64,000 nt of DNA. It comes from Alphaproteobacteria bacterium. GTDB lineage: Bacteria > Pseudomonadota > Alphaproteobacteria > UBA828. Where the stretch lies: positions 640,001 through 704,000 of the forward strand of contig CBDCQT010000012.1 in NCBI GenBank assembly GCA_965220745.1, written 5' to 3'. The first letter of the stretch is position 1. The number at the start of each line of letters is the position of its first letter. The position numbers were made by a program, and so were the translations under genes. The notes below the pieces were generated by a model. The model saw nothing but the letters and a program-made list of their open reading frames with translations, did not search any database and was not told the DNA's origin. Shown here piece after piece: positions 40,299 through 50,390 of the stretch.

Positions 40299-41297
40299 TC
40301 AGGGGAGGTCCAGCTTCGCCCGGTTCGCGCTCATGCTGGCGCTGATGCGGTGGGCGACCTCGAGCGAGCGCACGCCATCCGCGCCGGTTACCGCCGGCAC
40401 GCCGCCGGTCCGCACAGTGTGGACGAATGACTCGACCTCGCGCATGAGTGCGTCGCCCTGCTCGAAGTCCATGCGCTCCATCGCCACGCTCTCCATGCTC
40501 GGCGGCGCGTCGCCGTCCTTCTTGCGCGCGATCCTGACGCTGCGCGCGCCGTGGTCGACCGTGATGTACGTGTCGGGCTGAAAGATGCGGAGCATGCGCT
40601 CGGTCTTGAGACTGACCCGGCTCGCGGTGACGTTGGCAACGCAGCCGCTCGCGAATTTCAGCCGGGCGTTGGCGATGTCCTCGCTGGCGGAGAACACCGG
40701 CGTGCCCACGGCATCGATGTCGGTCACCGGGGAGTCCACCAGCGCCAGGACGATGTCGATGTCGTGGATCATCACGTCGAGGACGACGCTCACGTCGGTG
40801 TTCCGCTGCGGGAAAGGGCTGACCCGGACCGATTCGATGTAGAGCGGGCGGGCGATGCGCGGGGCGATGGCCTGGAAGGCGTCGGAGAAGCGCTCGATCA
40901 GGCCGACCTGCAGCACCAGCCCCTTGGCCTCGGCCAGCGCCGTGAGCTCCTGGGCGGTGGCCACGCTCTCGGTGAAGGGTTTTTCCACCAGCACGTGGAT
41001 GCCGGCGTCCAGGAAATCCTTTACCACCGCGTAGTGCGCCGCCGCCGGCACGGCGACCGAGGCGGCATCCACCCGGCCGACGAGGGCGCGGTGGTCGGTG
41101 ACGGCATCGGTGCCGAGCGGACCGGCGATGGCGGCGGCGCGGTCGGCGTCGATGTCGGCGACCGCGACCAGGCGGGCGCCGTCGATGGCCGCCGCCTTCT
41201 GGGCGTGGTAGCGCCCGAAGTGGCCCGCGCCGACCACACCGAGCCTGAGCATGTCCGCCGCGCCCTCCTGCGCAGCCGCGCCGCTCGTTCCTGCCAC
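40299..41297 (-). CDS. Gfo/Idh/MocA oxidoreductase, GnnA-like
   Basis: GVVGAGHFG, VLVEKP, DVSVVLDVMIHDID, DIANARL, TASRVS. Confidence 0.88.
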   Translation of the reverse strand: MAGTSGAAAQEGAADMLRLGVVGAGHFGRYHAQKAAAIDGARLVAVADIDADRAAAIAGPLGTDAVTDHRALVGRVDAASVAVPAAAHYAVVKDFLDAGIHVLVEKPFTESVATAQELTALAEAKGLVLQVGLIERFSDAFQAIAPRIARPLYIESVRVSPFPQRNTDVSVVLDVMIHDIDIVLALVDSPVTDIDAVGTPVFSASEDIANARLKFASGCVANVTASRVSLKTERMLRIFQPDTYITVDHGARSVRIARKKDGDAPPSMESVAMERMDFEQGDALMREVESFVHTVRTGGVPAVTGADGVRSLEVAHRISASMSANRAKLDLP

Positions 41298-41300
41298 CGC

Positions 41301-43103
41301 CTACGCCGCCTCGTCGACGAAGAGCTCGGCAAGCTCGAAGCGGTCCTGGGTCATGTAGGCGAGGCCCTTGGTGCTGATGCGGTAGTAGGGGATGGTGACG
41401 AGCGAGACGAATTCGAGGTTCATCTGCGGGGTTTCGAGCTCACACCCCATGTCACGCCAGGCGTCTATCAGCTTGTATTGACGCTCGAAAAGCTCATCGA
41501 ATGGGAGGTCCGAGGCGAGGCCGTTGAGCGGCGTCGGCAGCGAGGCTTCGACCTCGCCGTTGCGGAGCGCGATGAAGCCGCCGTCCATCTTGATGGTCTC
41601 GTTGGCGGCTGCGGCCATGTCGTCGTCCGAGGCGCCGACCAGGACGATGTTCTGGTTGAAGACGTTGGCGGTGGTGCCGATGCAGCCTTCCTTGATCCCG
41701 AAACCCTTCACGAAGGCGACGCCCACCTCGCCGGTGCCCATGATCCGGTCGATCATGCAGATCTTGTTGATGCCGTTCTCGGGGTCCGCTTGCACGAAGC
41801 CATCGACGACGGGGAGCGTTTCGACCGACCCCGGCGTCTCCAGCGAGCCGTCCCGCGTGTTGATGCACTGGACCTTCACGGTATCGCCCGAGCCTACCGG
41901 CGCCTCGATCCGAAAATCCTCGGGCTTGAGCACGCGGTCGATGTTCATGGTGCCGTAGAGCCAGTCGGGGTAATCCGGGTTCTTCAGTTGGCTGACGAGC
42001 TTGCCGCCTTCCACCCAGACCTTGCCGTTGGCCATGACCCGGTCGATCTCGAACCCTTCGAGAGTGTCGACGAACACGATGTCGGCGAAGCGCCCCGCCG
42101 CGATCATGCCCATGTCGTGGTTCACCCGGTAGAACTCCGCCGGCTGGATGGTGGACATCTGGATCGCGGTCATCGGGTCCATGCCGTTCTGCACGGCGAC
42201 GCGGATGGCGTTGTCCATCTGACCGCGCTCCAGCATCCAGTCGGGCGTGATCACGTCGGTGCAGAGCTGGTAGGCGCGGGCGTGGTATCCCTCTTCGGTA
42301 ATCACTGGAAGACACGCCTCTATGTCCTTGCACGCACTGCCTTCTCGGATCACGATCCAGATGCCGAGCTCGGCCTGACGGCGGGTCTCCGAGGCGTTGA
42401 CGATCTCGTGGTTGTGCATGATTCCGGACGCAACCCAGGCGTTGGTGATCTTCTCGTCGGTCATGCCCGCCGAGTGGCCCTGGATCACCTTGCCCATGTC
42501 CAGCGCCTCTTCCATGAGGCTGAGCAGCGCCCGGTCCCGCTGGTTCTGGTAGAGCATCAGCTCCGGGCTGATTTCCTCGATGCCCTTGGTCTCGGGCCAG
42601 GTGAGCGAGTCGCGCAGGTCTTCGATGCTGGGCGCGTTGGGCGAGGCGGGGAAGCCGATGCCGCGGTTCTGGGTGTAGCACATGGTGGGGGTGACGAAGA
42701 TCGGCTTGACCGGCGTCGCCAGCAGCTCGTCGAGGAAGAAGCGCGAAGCACGCATGCCGTTGACGATGGCGTGGCCATAGAAGCCGTCCACGATGGTGGT
42801 GGAGCCGTGCAGCAGCCGGCAGGCGGCGAAGACGGTGGAGTTGGCGTAGGTGTGCCACTGGTGGCAGTGGGGGTCGATCAGCCCCGGCACCAGGAAGCGG
42901 CCCTCGGCATCGATGACCTCGGTGTCGTCGCCGACGGCGTAGGCAACGTCGCCGACGGCGGCGATGCGCTCGCCCTTGATGGCGATGCCTTCGGCCTTGA
43001 TGGTGCCGGTGTGGACGTTGACCACGCGGCCGCCCGTGATGACTGCTTCGGCGGGCTGGTAGCCCATGGCCACGTCGATCAAGGCTTCCCGCTGCAGCTC
43101 CAT
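41301..43103 (-). CDS. Adenine deaminase-like amidohydrolase (divergent)
   Basis: PGLIDPHCH, QGHS, HE, IREGSA, CTD, ADIVF, and adenine-deaminase C-terminal domain; ATG 43103. Confidence 0.82.
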   Translation of the reverse strand: MELQREALIDVAMGYQPAEAVITGGRVVNVHTGTIKAEGIAIKGERIAAVGDVAYAVGDDTEVIDAEGRFLVPGLIDPHCHQWHTYANSTVFAACRLLHGSTTIVDGFYGHAIVNGMRASRFFLDELLATPVKPIFVTPTMCYTQNRGIGFPASPNAPSIEDLRDSLTWPETKGIEEISPELMLYQNQRDRALLSLMEEALDMGKVIQGHSAGMTDEKITNAWVASGIMHNHEIVNASETRRQAELGIWIVIREGSACKDIEACLPVITEEGYHARAYQLCTDVITPDWMLERGQMDNAIRVAVQNGMDPMTAIQMSTIQPAEFYRVNHDMGMIAAGRFADIVFVDTLEGFEIDRVMANGKVWVEGGKLVSQLKNPDYPDWLYGTMNIDRVLKPEDFRIEAPVGSGDTVKVQCINTRDGSLETPGSVETLPVVDGFVQADPENGINKICMIDRIMGTGEVGVAFVKGFGIKEGCIGTTANVFNQNIVLVGASDDDMAAAANETIKMDGGFIALRNGEVEASLPTPLNGLASDLPFDELFERQYKLIDAWRDMGCELETPQMNLEFVSLVTIPYYRISTKGLAYMTQDRFELAELFVDEAA

Positions 43104-43260
43104 CGTTACCCCCCTCTGCCGCATTCTCGGGGCGGCACCGTAGTCGGACTTGTGGGGGCCTTCAAGCCGAGGCCCCGGCCGGCAGAGACGGGGGATGGAC
43201 ACCGGGCGATCGGCGCGTTATTCAGACAATGACTTGCAATTGCATCGCGTGGTTCGATCC

Positions 43261-44361
43261 ATGGCGGTCGACGGGGAGGCACACGCACCGGGCGCGGGCG
43301 TGTCGAGGTGGCTGATGCTCGAGGGCATCCACCACGCCTACGACGCGATGCCGGTGGTTCGAGGCGTCGATCTGGTCGTCGGACCCGGCGAGATCATGTG
43401 CCTGCTGGGCCCGTCGGGCTGCGGCAAGACCACCCTGCTGAGGATCGCCGCCGGGCTCGAACGTCAGAGCGCGGGTCAGGTCTTCATCGACGGCGAAGAG
43501 GTCGCCGGCCCGCACCGCTTCGTCGCGCCGGAGAAGCGCCGCATCGGCCTGATGTTCCAGGACTACGCGCTGTTCCCGCACGTGCGCGCCATCGACAACG
43601 TTGGTTTCGGGCTGACAGCCACGCCAAGGGCGGAGCGCCGGCGGACCGCACTCCGGATGCTGGAGCGGCTCGGGCTCGCGGAGCTCGCCAACGCCTATCC
43701 GCACGAGCTCTCCGGCGGGGAGCAGCAGCGCGTGGCGCTCGCCCGTGCGCTGGCGCCCGCGCCCCGCGCGATGCTGCTGGACGAGCCGTTCTCCGGCCTG
43801 GACGAGCGCCTGCGGGAACAGGTCCGCGACGACACTCTGAGCTTCCTCCACGAGGCTGGGGTGCCGATCGTGCTGGTCACCCACGATGCGGACGAAGCGC
43901 TGCAGATGGCAGACCAGATCGCCCTGATGCGGGACGGGGTGCTGGTCCAGGTGGGCAGCCCGGACCGGCTCTGCCGACAGCCGGCGAGCCCGTTCGTCGC
44001 GCGCTTCTTCGGCGCGCTTCCGGCCTTCGATGGCCGGGTTAAGGACCGCGCGGTGGAGACGCCGATCGGAAGCGCGCCCACCGGCTGCGGCGAGGGTTGC
44101 AAGGTGCGGGTCTATGTCAGGCCCGAGGCCGTGGAGCTGGTGAACGGCACGGCGGCCGACGCCAACGGGCTGCCTTCCGCCCGTGTTCTGGACAGCCGGC
44201 CGATGGGCTCGACCAGCCATTTGAAGCTCGCGATCGACGGCCACGCGGCGCCGCTGACACTCAACGTCGCCGACGACGGCGCGCCAAGCGTCGATGATGT
44301 CGTCCGCATTCGGCTTGACCCACGCCGCACTTTTGTGTTCCCTGCGACACAGGACCTGTAG
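43261..44361 (+). CDS. ABC ATP-binding protein, FbpC/PotA-like with TOBE domain
   Basis: GPSGCGKTT, FQDYALFPH, LSGGEQQRVALARAL, LLDEPF. Confidence 0.9.
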   Translation: MAVDGEAHAPGAGVSRWLMLEGIHHAYDAMPVVRGVDLVVGPGEIMCLLGPSGCGKTTLLRIAAGLERQSAGQVFIDGEEVAGPHRFVAPEKRRIGLMFQDYALFPHVRAIDNVGFGLTATPRAERRRTALRMLERLGLAELANAYPHELSGGEQQRVALARALAPAPRAMLLDEPFSGLDERLREQVRDDTLSFLHEAGVPIVLVTHDADEALQMADQIALMRDGVLVQVGSPDRLCRQPASPFVARFFGALPAFDGRVKDRAVETPIGSAPTGCGEGCKVRVYVRPEAVELVNGTAADANGLPSARVLDSRPMGSTSHLKLAIDGHAAPLTLNVADDGAPSVDDVVRIRLDPRRTFVFPATQDL

Positions 44362-44455
44362 GCGACAAGGCTGCGGGACCGGTAACGTGTGGCGGTTGAT
44401 GCGCCCGCGACCGGGCGTCGCGCCGCCACCGCCGTGGTGAGACTGGAGCCGTGTC

Positions 44456-44722
44456 ATGGGTATCTCGATCTGGCAAATCCTTCTGATCGTCCTGGTGATC
44501 GTGCTGTTGTTCGGTGCCGGCAAGCTGCCGCGCCTGATGGGAGACTTCGCCAAGGGCATCAAGAGCTTCAAGACCGGCATGCGGGAGGGCGAAGCGCCTC
44601 CGCCGCCGGCACAGAGCGCGGCCGCGCCCGCTGAGGCTCCGCAGGAGCCCAAGGTGATCGAGGGCGATGCCGCAACCATCGAAGCCAGCGCCGTCAAGAA
44701 GGACGAAGCCGCCAAGAGCTAG
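44456..44722 (+). CDS. tatA: Twin-arginine translocase TatA
   Basis: SIWQILLIVLVIVLLFGAGKLPRLMGDFAKGIKSFK. Confidence 0.95.
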   Translation: MGISIWQILLIVLVIVLLFGAGKLPRLMGDFAKGIKSFKTGMREGEAPPPPAQSAAAPAEAPQEPKVIEGDAATIEASAVKKDEAAKS

Positions 44723-44786
44723 ACGCTAAACGCCGAGCGGCTGAACAGAAACAGGGAGATCACCCGCTCCTGTAGCGGGCGAAGCA

Positions 44787-45317
44787 ATGCTCGACATCGG
44801 TTGGCAAGAGATCATCATCCTGATGCTGATCGCCCTGATCGTCGTCGGGCCGAAGGACCTGCCGCGCATCGTCAAGACCGCAGGCCAGTGGATGGGCAAG
44901 GCGCGCGGCTATGCCCGCGACTTCCAGAGGACCATCGAGGAGGCCGCGGACGCGACCGAGATCGACGCGGTCAAGAAGGAAATCGACGAGGCCAACCGCG
45001 AGCTCGCCACGGCGCGGCGGGATGTGGCCGAGGGTGCGGACGCGATGCAGCGCGATGTCAACGAGGGCACGGAATCGGTGAACAAGATGTTCAGCGAGGA
45101 TGCCATGGCGCCCGACAAGGCTGCGGCCGCGAAGGCGAATGGCGGAGAGCCGCCGAGCGGTCAGGCGGCCGACGCGGACGGCGGCCAGGCCGAGAACGCC
45201 GCCGCAGCTGAGGTAGAAAGCGAGACCACCGCCGCGCAGGCGGAAGCCGCGGCGCCCGCTGCGGAGAGTCCAGGCAACGGCGCGGACGGCCCACCCGGGC
45301 GCGGTGCGAGCGCCTAG
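44787..45317 (+). CDS. tatB: Twin-arginine translocase TatB
   Basis: MLDIGWQE...VVGPKDLP. Confidence 0.95.
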   Translation: MLDIGWQEIIILMLIALIVVGPKDLPRIVKTAGQWMGKARGYARDFQRTIEEAADATEIDAVKKEIDEANRELATARRDVAEGADAMQRDVNEGTESVNKMFSEDAMAPDKAAAAKANGGEPPSGQAADADGGQAENAAAAEVESETTAAQAEAAAPAAESPGNGADGPPGRGASA

Positions 45318-45454
45318 GCGCACGGCAGAATAGCCGGATGTTGCCGCGGCTCCTGCTTGACGTGTCAACGCCGCACAGGCCCGAATCGAGGGCGAGCGAG
45401 CGGCATTCCCTTCACCGGACGAGACGGGGCGCTGCCCCGGATGGCGGTTAGCCC

Positions 45455-46312
45455 GTGGTCGACAACATCGAACAATCGCGCGCGCCGCTGATCGACCATC
45501 TGATCGAGCTCAGGCGTCGTCTCGCCTTCGCGGCGATCGGGCTCGTCATCGCCTTCCTCGGCTGCTGGTACGTGGCCTCGGACATTTTTGCCTTCCTGGT
45601 CGAGCCGTTGCGCGACGTGCTGGCCGAGGGCGGGTACGATACCAACCTGATCTACACCCACCTGCTGGAGGCGTTCTTCACCGAGCTGAAGATTGCCTTC
45701 TGGGGCGCGTTCTTCGTCTCCTTCCCGCTGATCGCCACGCAGTTCTGGATGTTCGTGGCGCCGGGGCTCTACCGGAACGAGAAGAAGGCCGTCCTGCCTT
45801 TCCTGTTCATAACGCCGATCCTGTTCTTCTCGGGCGGCGCACTGGTTTACTACTTCATCTTCCCGCAGGCGTTCAATTTCTTCATCTCCTTCCAGGAAGG
45901 AAGCACCGACGATCGCCTCGGCCTCGAGCTGCTGCCAAGAATTGGCGAGTACCTCTCGCTGGTGATGAAGCTGATCTTCGCCTTCGGCATCGCCTTCCAG
46001 CTTCCGGTGATGCTGACGCTGATGGGTCGTGCGGGCCTCGCCACGTCTGCCGGGCTCAAGCGAAAGCGCAAGTACGCCATCGTCATCGTGTTCATTGCTG
46101 CGGCAATTCTCACGCCGCCCGATCTGTTCAGCCAGATCGGCCTCGGCATCCCGCTGATCGCGCTCTACGAGATCTCGATCATCTCGGTCGGTTTCGTCGA
46201 GAAGAAGCGTCGCAAGAAGCAGGAAGAAGAAGAGGCGATGTACGCGGAGATGGACGAGCTGCTCGCCGAGTACGAGGACAGCGAAGAGACCGACTTCAAC
46301 TTCGGGCGCTAA
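45455..46312 (+). CDS. tatC: Twin-arginine translocase TatC
   Basis: PLIDHLIELRRRL, FVAPGLYRNE, FQLPV, LTPPD. Confidence 0.96.
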   Translation: MVDNIEQSRAPLIDHLIELRRRLAFAAIGLVIAFLGCWYVASDIFAFLVEPLRDVLAEGGYDTNLIYTHLLEAFFTELKIAFWGAFFVSFPLIATQFWMFVAPGLYRNEKKAVLPFLFITPILFFSGGALVYYFIFPQAFNFFISFQEGSTDDRLGLELLPRIGEYLSLVMKLIFAFGIAFQLPVMLTLMGRAGLATSAGLKRKRKYAIVIVFIAAAILTPPDLFSQIGLGIPLIALYEISIISVGFVEKKRRKKQEEEEAMYAEMDELLAEYEDSEETDFNFGR

Positions 46313-46531
46313 GGACGGCCCGCCAAGCCGGGTCCATCGGGCCTCGCCGTCATTTGGATAAGCTATTTGTGACATAAGAAAATCGATCTTCGATCAGGGG
46401 ATTGTTGCGATTATGCTCGCGCCATCGTCCGGGCGCTGCGACTAAGATTCGGCGCTATGCGGCGAAGGGAGGGCACCCGTATGAACGCGACACATGTGAA
46501 TCCATCCGGCGCAGATTGTGGCCGAAACGGA

Positions 46532-49030
46532 ATGAGAGGCCCGGCGAAGACCCTTCTGGCGTCTTTGGCTTCGCTCGCCGTTTTCGCCTTGCTTACGGTG
46601 AATACAGCCCACGCCGGCTCCCTCGCGCCAGCCCCGCAGATCATCGCCGAGTACGACCGCAGCTTCATCGAGCGCTCTGGCGCCCAGACCTTCGGCGAGA
46701 TGCTCGACACGGGCATCATCCGCTACTTCTTCACCGGAGGGCGCGATCTGCTCATCCTGGTGAACGGGCGGCCCTACGCAACGACCGCGCACAATCTGGA
46801 CTCCCTCCCGCTTTCGGCGGTCGAGCGCATCGAGGTGCTGAGAGGCGAGAGCCTGGGGACGATCGGCGGCCACGCCGCGGTACGTGGCGCATTCAACCTC
46901 GTGCTGAGGAAGGATCTGGACGGCTTCGACGTGCGCACCGTTGCCCGGCTGCCGAGCCGCGACGGCGGCGACGCGCGCCAGGGCAGCGTCGTATGGGGCG
47001 GTGAAATCGGCGCCGGCGGGCACATGACCGTCGGCGTCGACGTCCTCGACCGCCAGGAGATCGTGGGCAGCACCCGCGAGCACAGTCGCTCGGAGTGGAC
47101 GGAGGGCGGGAGCTTCGCCGAGGCGAAGAACGTGAGCGTCGGCGGCAACACCGTCTACATCTTCGACACGAGCGCGGGCGAGCTGAGAGCCGTGGCGCTC
47201 GGCGCGTGCGACCCGGCGCACGGCTACACCGGCCCGCTCAGCAATCCGTCGGGGATCGACTCAGGCGACAAAGGCTGCGGGTTCGCCTACGGCGACTTCT
47301 GGTGGGACAGCGCGAGCTACGACCAGAGTAATGCAATCCTGAGCCTCGACCACCCGCTCGGAGAGCGCGCCGAGCTTCACGTGGACGCAAACGCCACGCT
47401 TGGACGCTCGGCGTTCCGCTACGCACCGTCGATCGATGTCTTCTCGATCGCCCCGAGCGAGAGCCTGCTCGACGCAATCAACGCATCGGCGCGCGAGGCC
47501 GACCCGGCGTTCGAGGCGACGAAAGACGACATCTTCGCGGTGGGGCACCGCTTTATCGGCCATGGCAACCGAGACTGGAGGACGACCACCGAGGAGTACG
47601 ACCTCTCGGCAAGCGTCGAGGGCCGGCTTTCCGAAGACCTGGGCTACGACGCCGAAATCAGCGCCTGGAGGCTCGACGGGTCGGTGTCGGGCGATACCTT
47701 CGTGGACGCCGAGACGATCGGGCAAGAGATCGAGGCCGGAAGGTACGACCTGACCGATCCACTGTCGATGGAACCGGACCACCTGAGAGCGATCGAGAGG
47801 AGCAGCCTGCGCGAGGAGGAGGACTTCGGCGGGAGGTATCTGGGCGCGCGACTTGCGCTCGAGGGCGTCGGTCCGATCATCGGCGGGCGCGACACGGCAT
47901 GGACTGCGGGGGTCGAACTCGCCGACGTGGAGGCCCACAGACTGCTGGCGTTCCGGGCGAGCGACGGCCGGACCCGCGACGTGAGCGGGGTGCTCGGGTC
48001 GGGCGGTACCAGCTACGCCGGCGAGCGCGAGGCGGCAGGGGCCTTCGCTGAGGTGTCCCTGCCCCTCGCCGACGCCGTGGACGTGAGAGCCGCGGCACGG
48101 GCGGACGAGTACGACGACGTCGGCGGGCTGCGTGCGTGGCGCCTCGGGGCCGAATACAGTCCGAGCGACATCGTGACGCTGCGCGGCTCGTGGAGCACGG
48201 GCGACCAAGCGCCCTCGATGCACCACCTGTACAGCACTGCTGCGCAAGACCACCCCTACGTCCGTTGCGTCCCGGAGAGCGGGCCGCCGCCGCGCACATG
48301 CGATACGTCGAACTACCGGCAAGTGACGCGCAGCACGAGCGGCAACCCCGAGCTCGAGCCGTCTGGATCGGAGAGGCGCACCATCGGCGCCGAGGCCCGC
48401 AGGGGGCCGTTCTACCTCGTCGCCGACTGGTACTGGCTCACGACCTCGGATCTGCCGGGGCAGCACGATGCCACCTGGGCGATGCTGAATTACCCCGAGT
48501 GCCCGCCGGGCGGTGGCGGCAGCTGCATCGGGCGCGCGGCCGGAGACATCACCATCCACGACAACTTCGCGAATATCGTCGAGATCGAAATCTCGGGGGT
48601 CAACACCCGGTTCGGGGCCCGCGCGGAGACCGACTGGGGCTTCGTCGCATTGCGCGGATTCTGGCGCTACGTCACCAGCAGCGAGGAGCGCATCGCAGGC
48701 GACGAGCAGCCGTACCCGCTCCCGCGCAACGCCGTGCGCATCGTGACCTCGGCCGGGCGCGGCGACCTTACGGCCTTCTGGGCCGTCAACTACCGCGACG
48801 AGATCGAGAACCAGCGGGACGATGGACGGTTCAAGTCCTGGACCGGCCACGACCTGACGCTCGACTGGAGAGCGCCGCTTGGCCTCGAAGACACGCGGGT
48901 AACCGCGGGCGTGTACAACGTCACCGACGCGAAGCTCTCCACGAACACCGCGAACCCCTCCTTTACCGACGGGCCGCGCGCGGCCGGCTGGGGGCGCACC
49001 TTCTTCGTTACCCTCAACATGCGGTTCTGA
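46532..49030 (+). CDS. TonB-dependent receptor
   Basis: Signal peptide ending TAHA; plug LILVNGRP...VERIEVL; GNPELEP; GVYNVTD; C-terminal Phe (VTLNMRF); start could be 46457 or 46481. Confidence 0.88.
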   Translation: MRGPAKTLLASLASLAVFALLTVNTAHAGSLAPAPQIIAEYDRSFIERSGAQTFGEMLDTGIIRYFFTGGRDLLILVNGRPYATTAHNLDSLPLSAVERIEVLRGESLGTIGGHAAVRGAFNLVLRKDLDGFDVRTVARLPSRDGGDARQGSVVWGGEIGAGGHMTVGVDVLDRQEIVGSTREHSRSEWTEGGSFAEAKNVSVGGNTVYIFDTSAGELRAVALGACDPAHGYTGPLSNPSGIDSGDKGCGFAYGDFWWDSASYDQSNAILSLDHPLGERAELHVDANATLGRSAFRYAPSIDVFSIAPSESLLDAINASAREADPAFEATKDDIFAVGHRFIGHGNRDWRTTTEEYDLSASVEGRLSEDLGYDAEISAWRLDGSVSGDTFVDAETIGQEIEAGRYDLTDPLSMEPDHLRAIERSSLREEEDFGGRYLGARLALEGVGPIIGGRDTAWTAGVELADVEAHRLLAFRASDGRTRDVSGVLGSGGTSYAGEREAAGAFAEVSLPLADAVDVRAAARADEYDDVGGLRAWRLGAEYSPSDIVTLRGSWSTGDQAPSMHHLYSTAAQDHPYVRCVPESGPPPRTCDTSNYRQVTRSTSGNPELEPSGSERRTIGAEARRGPFYLVADWYWLTTSDLPGQHDATWAMLNYPECPPGGGGSCIGRAAGDITIHDNFANIVEIEISGVNTRFGARAETDWGFVALRGFWRYVTSSEERIAGDEQPYPLPRNAVRIVTSAGRGDLTAFWAVNYRDEIENQRDDGRFKSWTGHDLTLDWRAPLGLEDTRVTAGVYNVTDAKLSTNTANPSFTDGPRAAGWGRTFFVTLNMRF

Positions 49031-49090
49031 GTAGGGAGCGGCGCCTGACCCTCTTCCCGAACTCCGCAGTGGCGCGGTAACAGCGGCGGG

Positions 49091-49708
49091 TTAGTCTCCC
49101 CCGCCGCCGCCGTCGACCGAAGGCACGATCTCGGCCGGCTCGACGAAGTTCGGCTCCGCCTCGGGCGGTCGGGCCTCGGCGCCGACGGCATCGGACGCCT
49201 GCGCCGCTTGCTGCTGGCGGTTGCGATAAAGGGCGAGGAAGTCGATCGGCGCGAGCAGGAGCGGCGGGAAGCCGCCGTCGCGGGTGACGTCCGCGACGAT
49301 GCGCCGCGCGAAGGGGAAGAGCAGCCGCGGGCACTCGATCAGCAGCGCGGGCTCCATCGCGTTATCGGGGATTCCGATGAAGTTGAAGACCCCGGCATAG
49401 CTCAGCTCTACCAGGAAAACCGGCTTCTCCTCGTGGCTGGCGTGCGCGGTGATCTGGAGGACGACCTCGAAGGTCTGCTCGTTCAGCCGGCGCGCCTCGA
49501 CCTGCACGTTGACCGTGATCTGCGGTGAACGCTCCGCCTCGGGGGAGCGCTCCAGAGCAGAGGGGTTCTCGAACGAGAGGTCCTTCACGTACTGGGTCTG
49601 TATCCCGAGCTGCGGGCGTGTTTCCTGCGCCCCTTGCGCGTTGCCTGCGCCTGCGCCTGCGGCGGCGGCCGACGTGGGGGGTGTGGTGCCGGTCTCGTCA
49701 GCCATCAT
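49091..49708 (-). CDS. secB: Protein-export chaperone SecB
   Basis: QYVKDLSFENP, ECPRLLFPFAR, GGFPPLLLAPIDF. Confidence 0.96.
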   Translation of the reverse strand: MMADETGTTPPTSAAAAGAGAGNAQGAQETRPQLGIQTQYVKDLSFENPSALERSPEAERSPQITVNVQVEARRLNEQTFEVVLQITAHASHEEKPVFLVELSYAGVFNFIGIPDNAMEPALLIECPRLLFPFARRIVADVTRDGGFPPLLLAPIDFLALYRNRQQQAAQASDAVGAEARPPEAEPNFVEPAEIVPSVDGGGGGD

Positions 49709-50190
49709 TGCTCTCCTTGGGGGCGCACATTCCGGGGGCCGGGTTCGGGTGTCTCGTCGAGCACTGTGTATTCGCCGTCGATGATCCGCCCGCCGTCGGC
49801 AGCCGACGACGGGCCGGCATCGGAGCCGGCATGGCGGGCGTGCGGCGCGAAACGGGTCAGCAGGCGGCGCAGGAGACTACGGCGGAGCGGCGGCAGCAAC
49901 AACAGCGTCCCCAACGTATCGGTGAAGAAGCCGGGCGTCAGCAGCAGCACCGCCGCGAGCGCCAGCGCCGCGCCCTCGGCCATCTCGGCCACCGGCAGAC
50001 GATTCGCCGCGAGCTGCTGGCGCGCCCGTGCCAGGGTCTGGAGCCCTTGCCAGCGCAGGATCAGGCCGCCGACCACGGCGGTGCCGACGATGAGTCCGAT
50101 GGTCGGCCACGTCCCGATGACGCTCCCGACTTCGAGGAAGATAAACACCTCGCCAACCGGAATCGCCAGCAACAGCAGAAGAAGGGGCAT
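49705..50190 (-). CDS. fxsA: FxsA family membrane protein
   Basis: IGTWPT, LLLTPGFFTD, IIDGEY; upstream of secB. Confidence 0.92.
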   Translation of the reverse strand: MPLLLLLLAIPVGEVFIFLEVGSVIGTWPTIGLIVGTAVVGGLILRWQGLQTLARARQQLAANRLPVAEMAEGAALALAAVLLLTPGFFTDTLGTLLLLPPLRRSLLRRLLTRFAPHARHAGSDAGPSSAADGGRIIDGEYTVLDETPEPGPRNVRPQGEQ

Positions 50191-50390
50191 AAAGGCGGTG
50201 TGCTCCGTGCTTGCGCTCGCGCGGCGCTCTACCTATCTTGCGTTATGTCGGCTCCCCGCGCCGGGCTTCGGCGGGACCGTCGCTTACGCCGGGGTTGCCG
50301 GCGAGCGCCGCCGACGAGGGCCCGGAGTTCGCTGGCCGGATTCGGCAGCCATTTTGCGACGGAAGGCCGCCTGCCCACAAGGTTCGGGAC

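Noticed and set aside
40551-43232. 893-aa plus-strand ORF
   Set aside because: It is the antisense shadow of the deaminase and Gfo genes, typical of high-GC DNA.
45357-45368. TTGACGTGTCAA palindrome between tatB and tatC as an FNR/CRP site
   Set aside because: The spacer is 2 nt instead of 4 and the half-sites differ from TTGAT.
46404-46421. Fur/Mur-like box upstream of the TonB-dependent receptor
   Set aside because: TGCGA-N6-TCGCG has off-consensus spacing and flanks; too weak to call.
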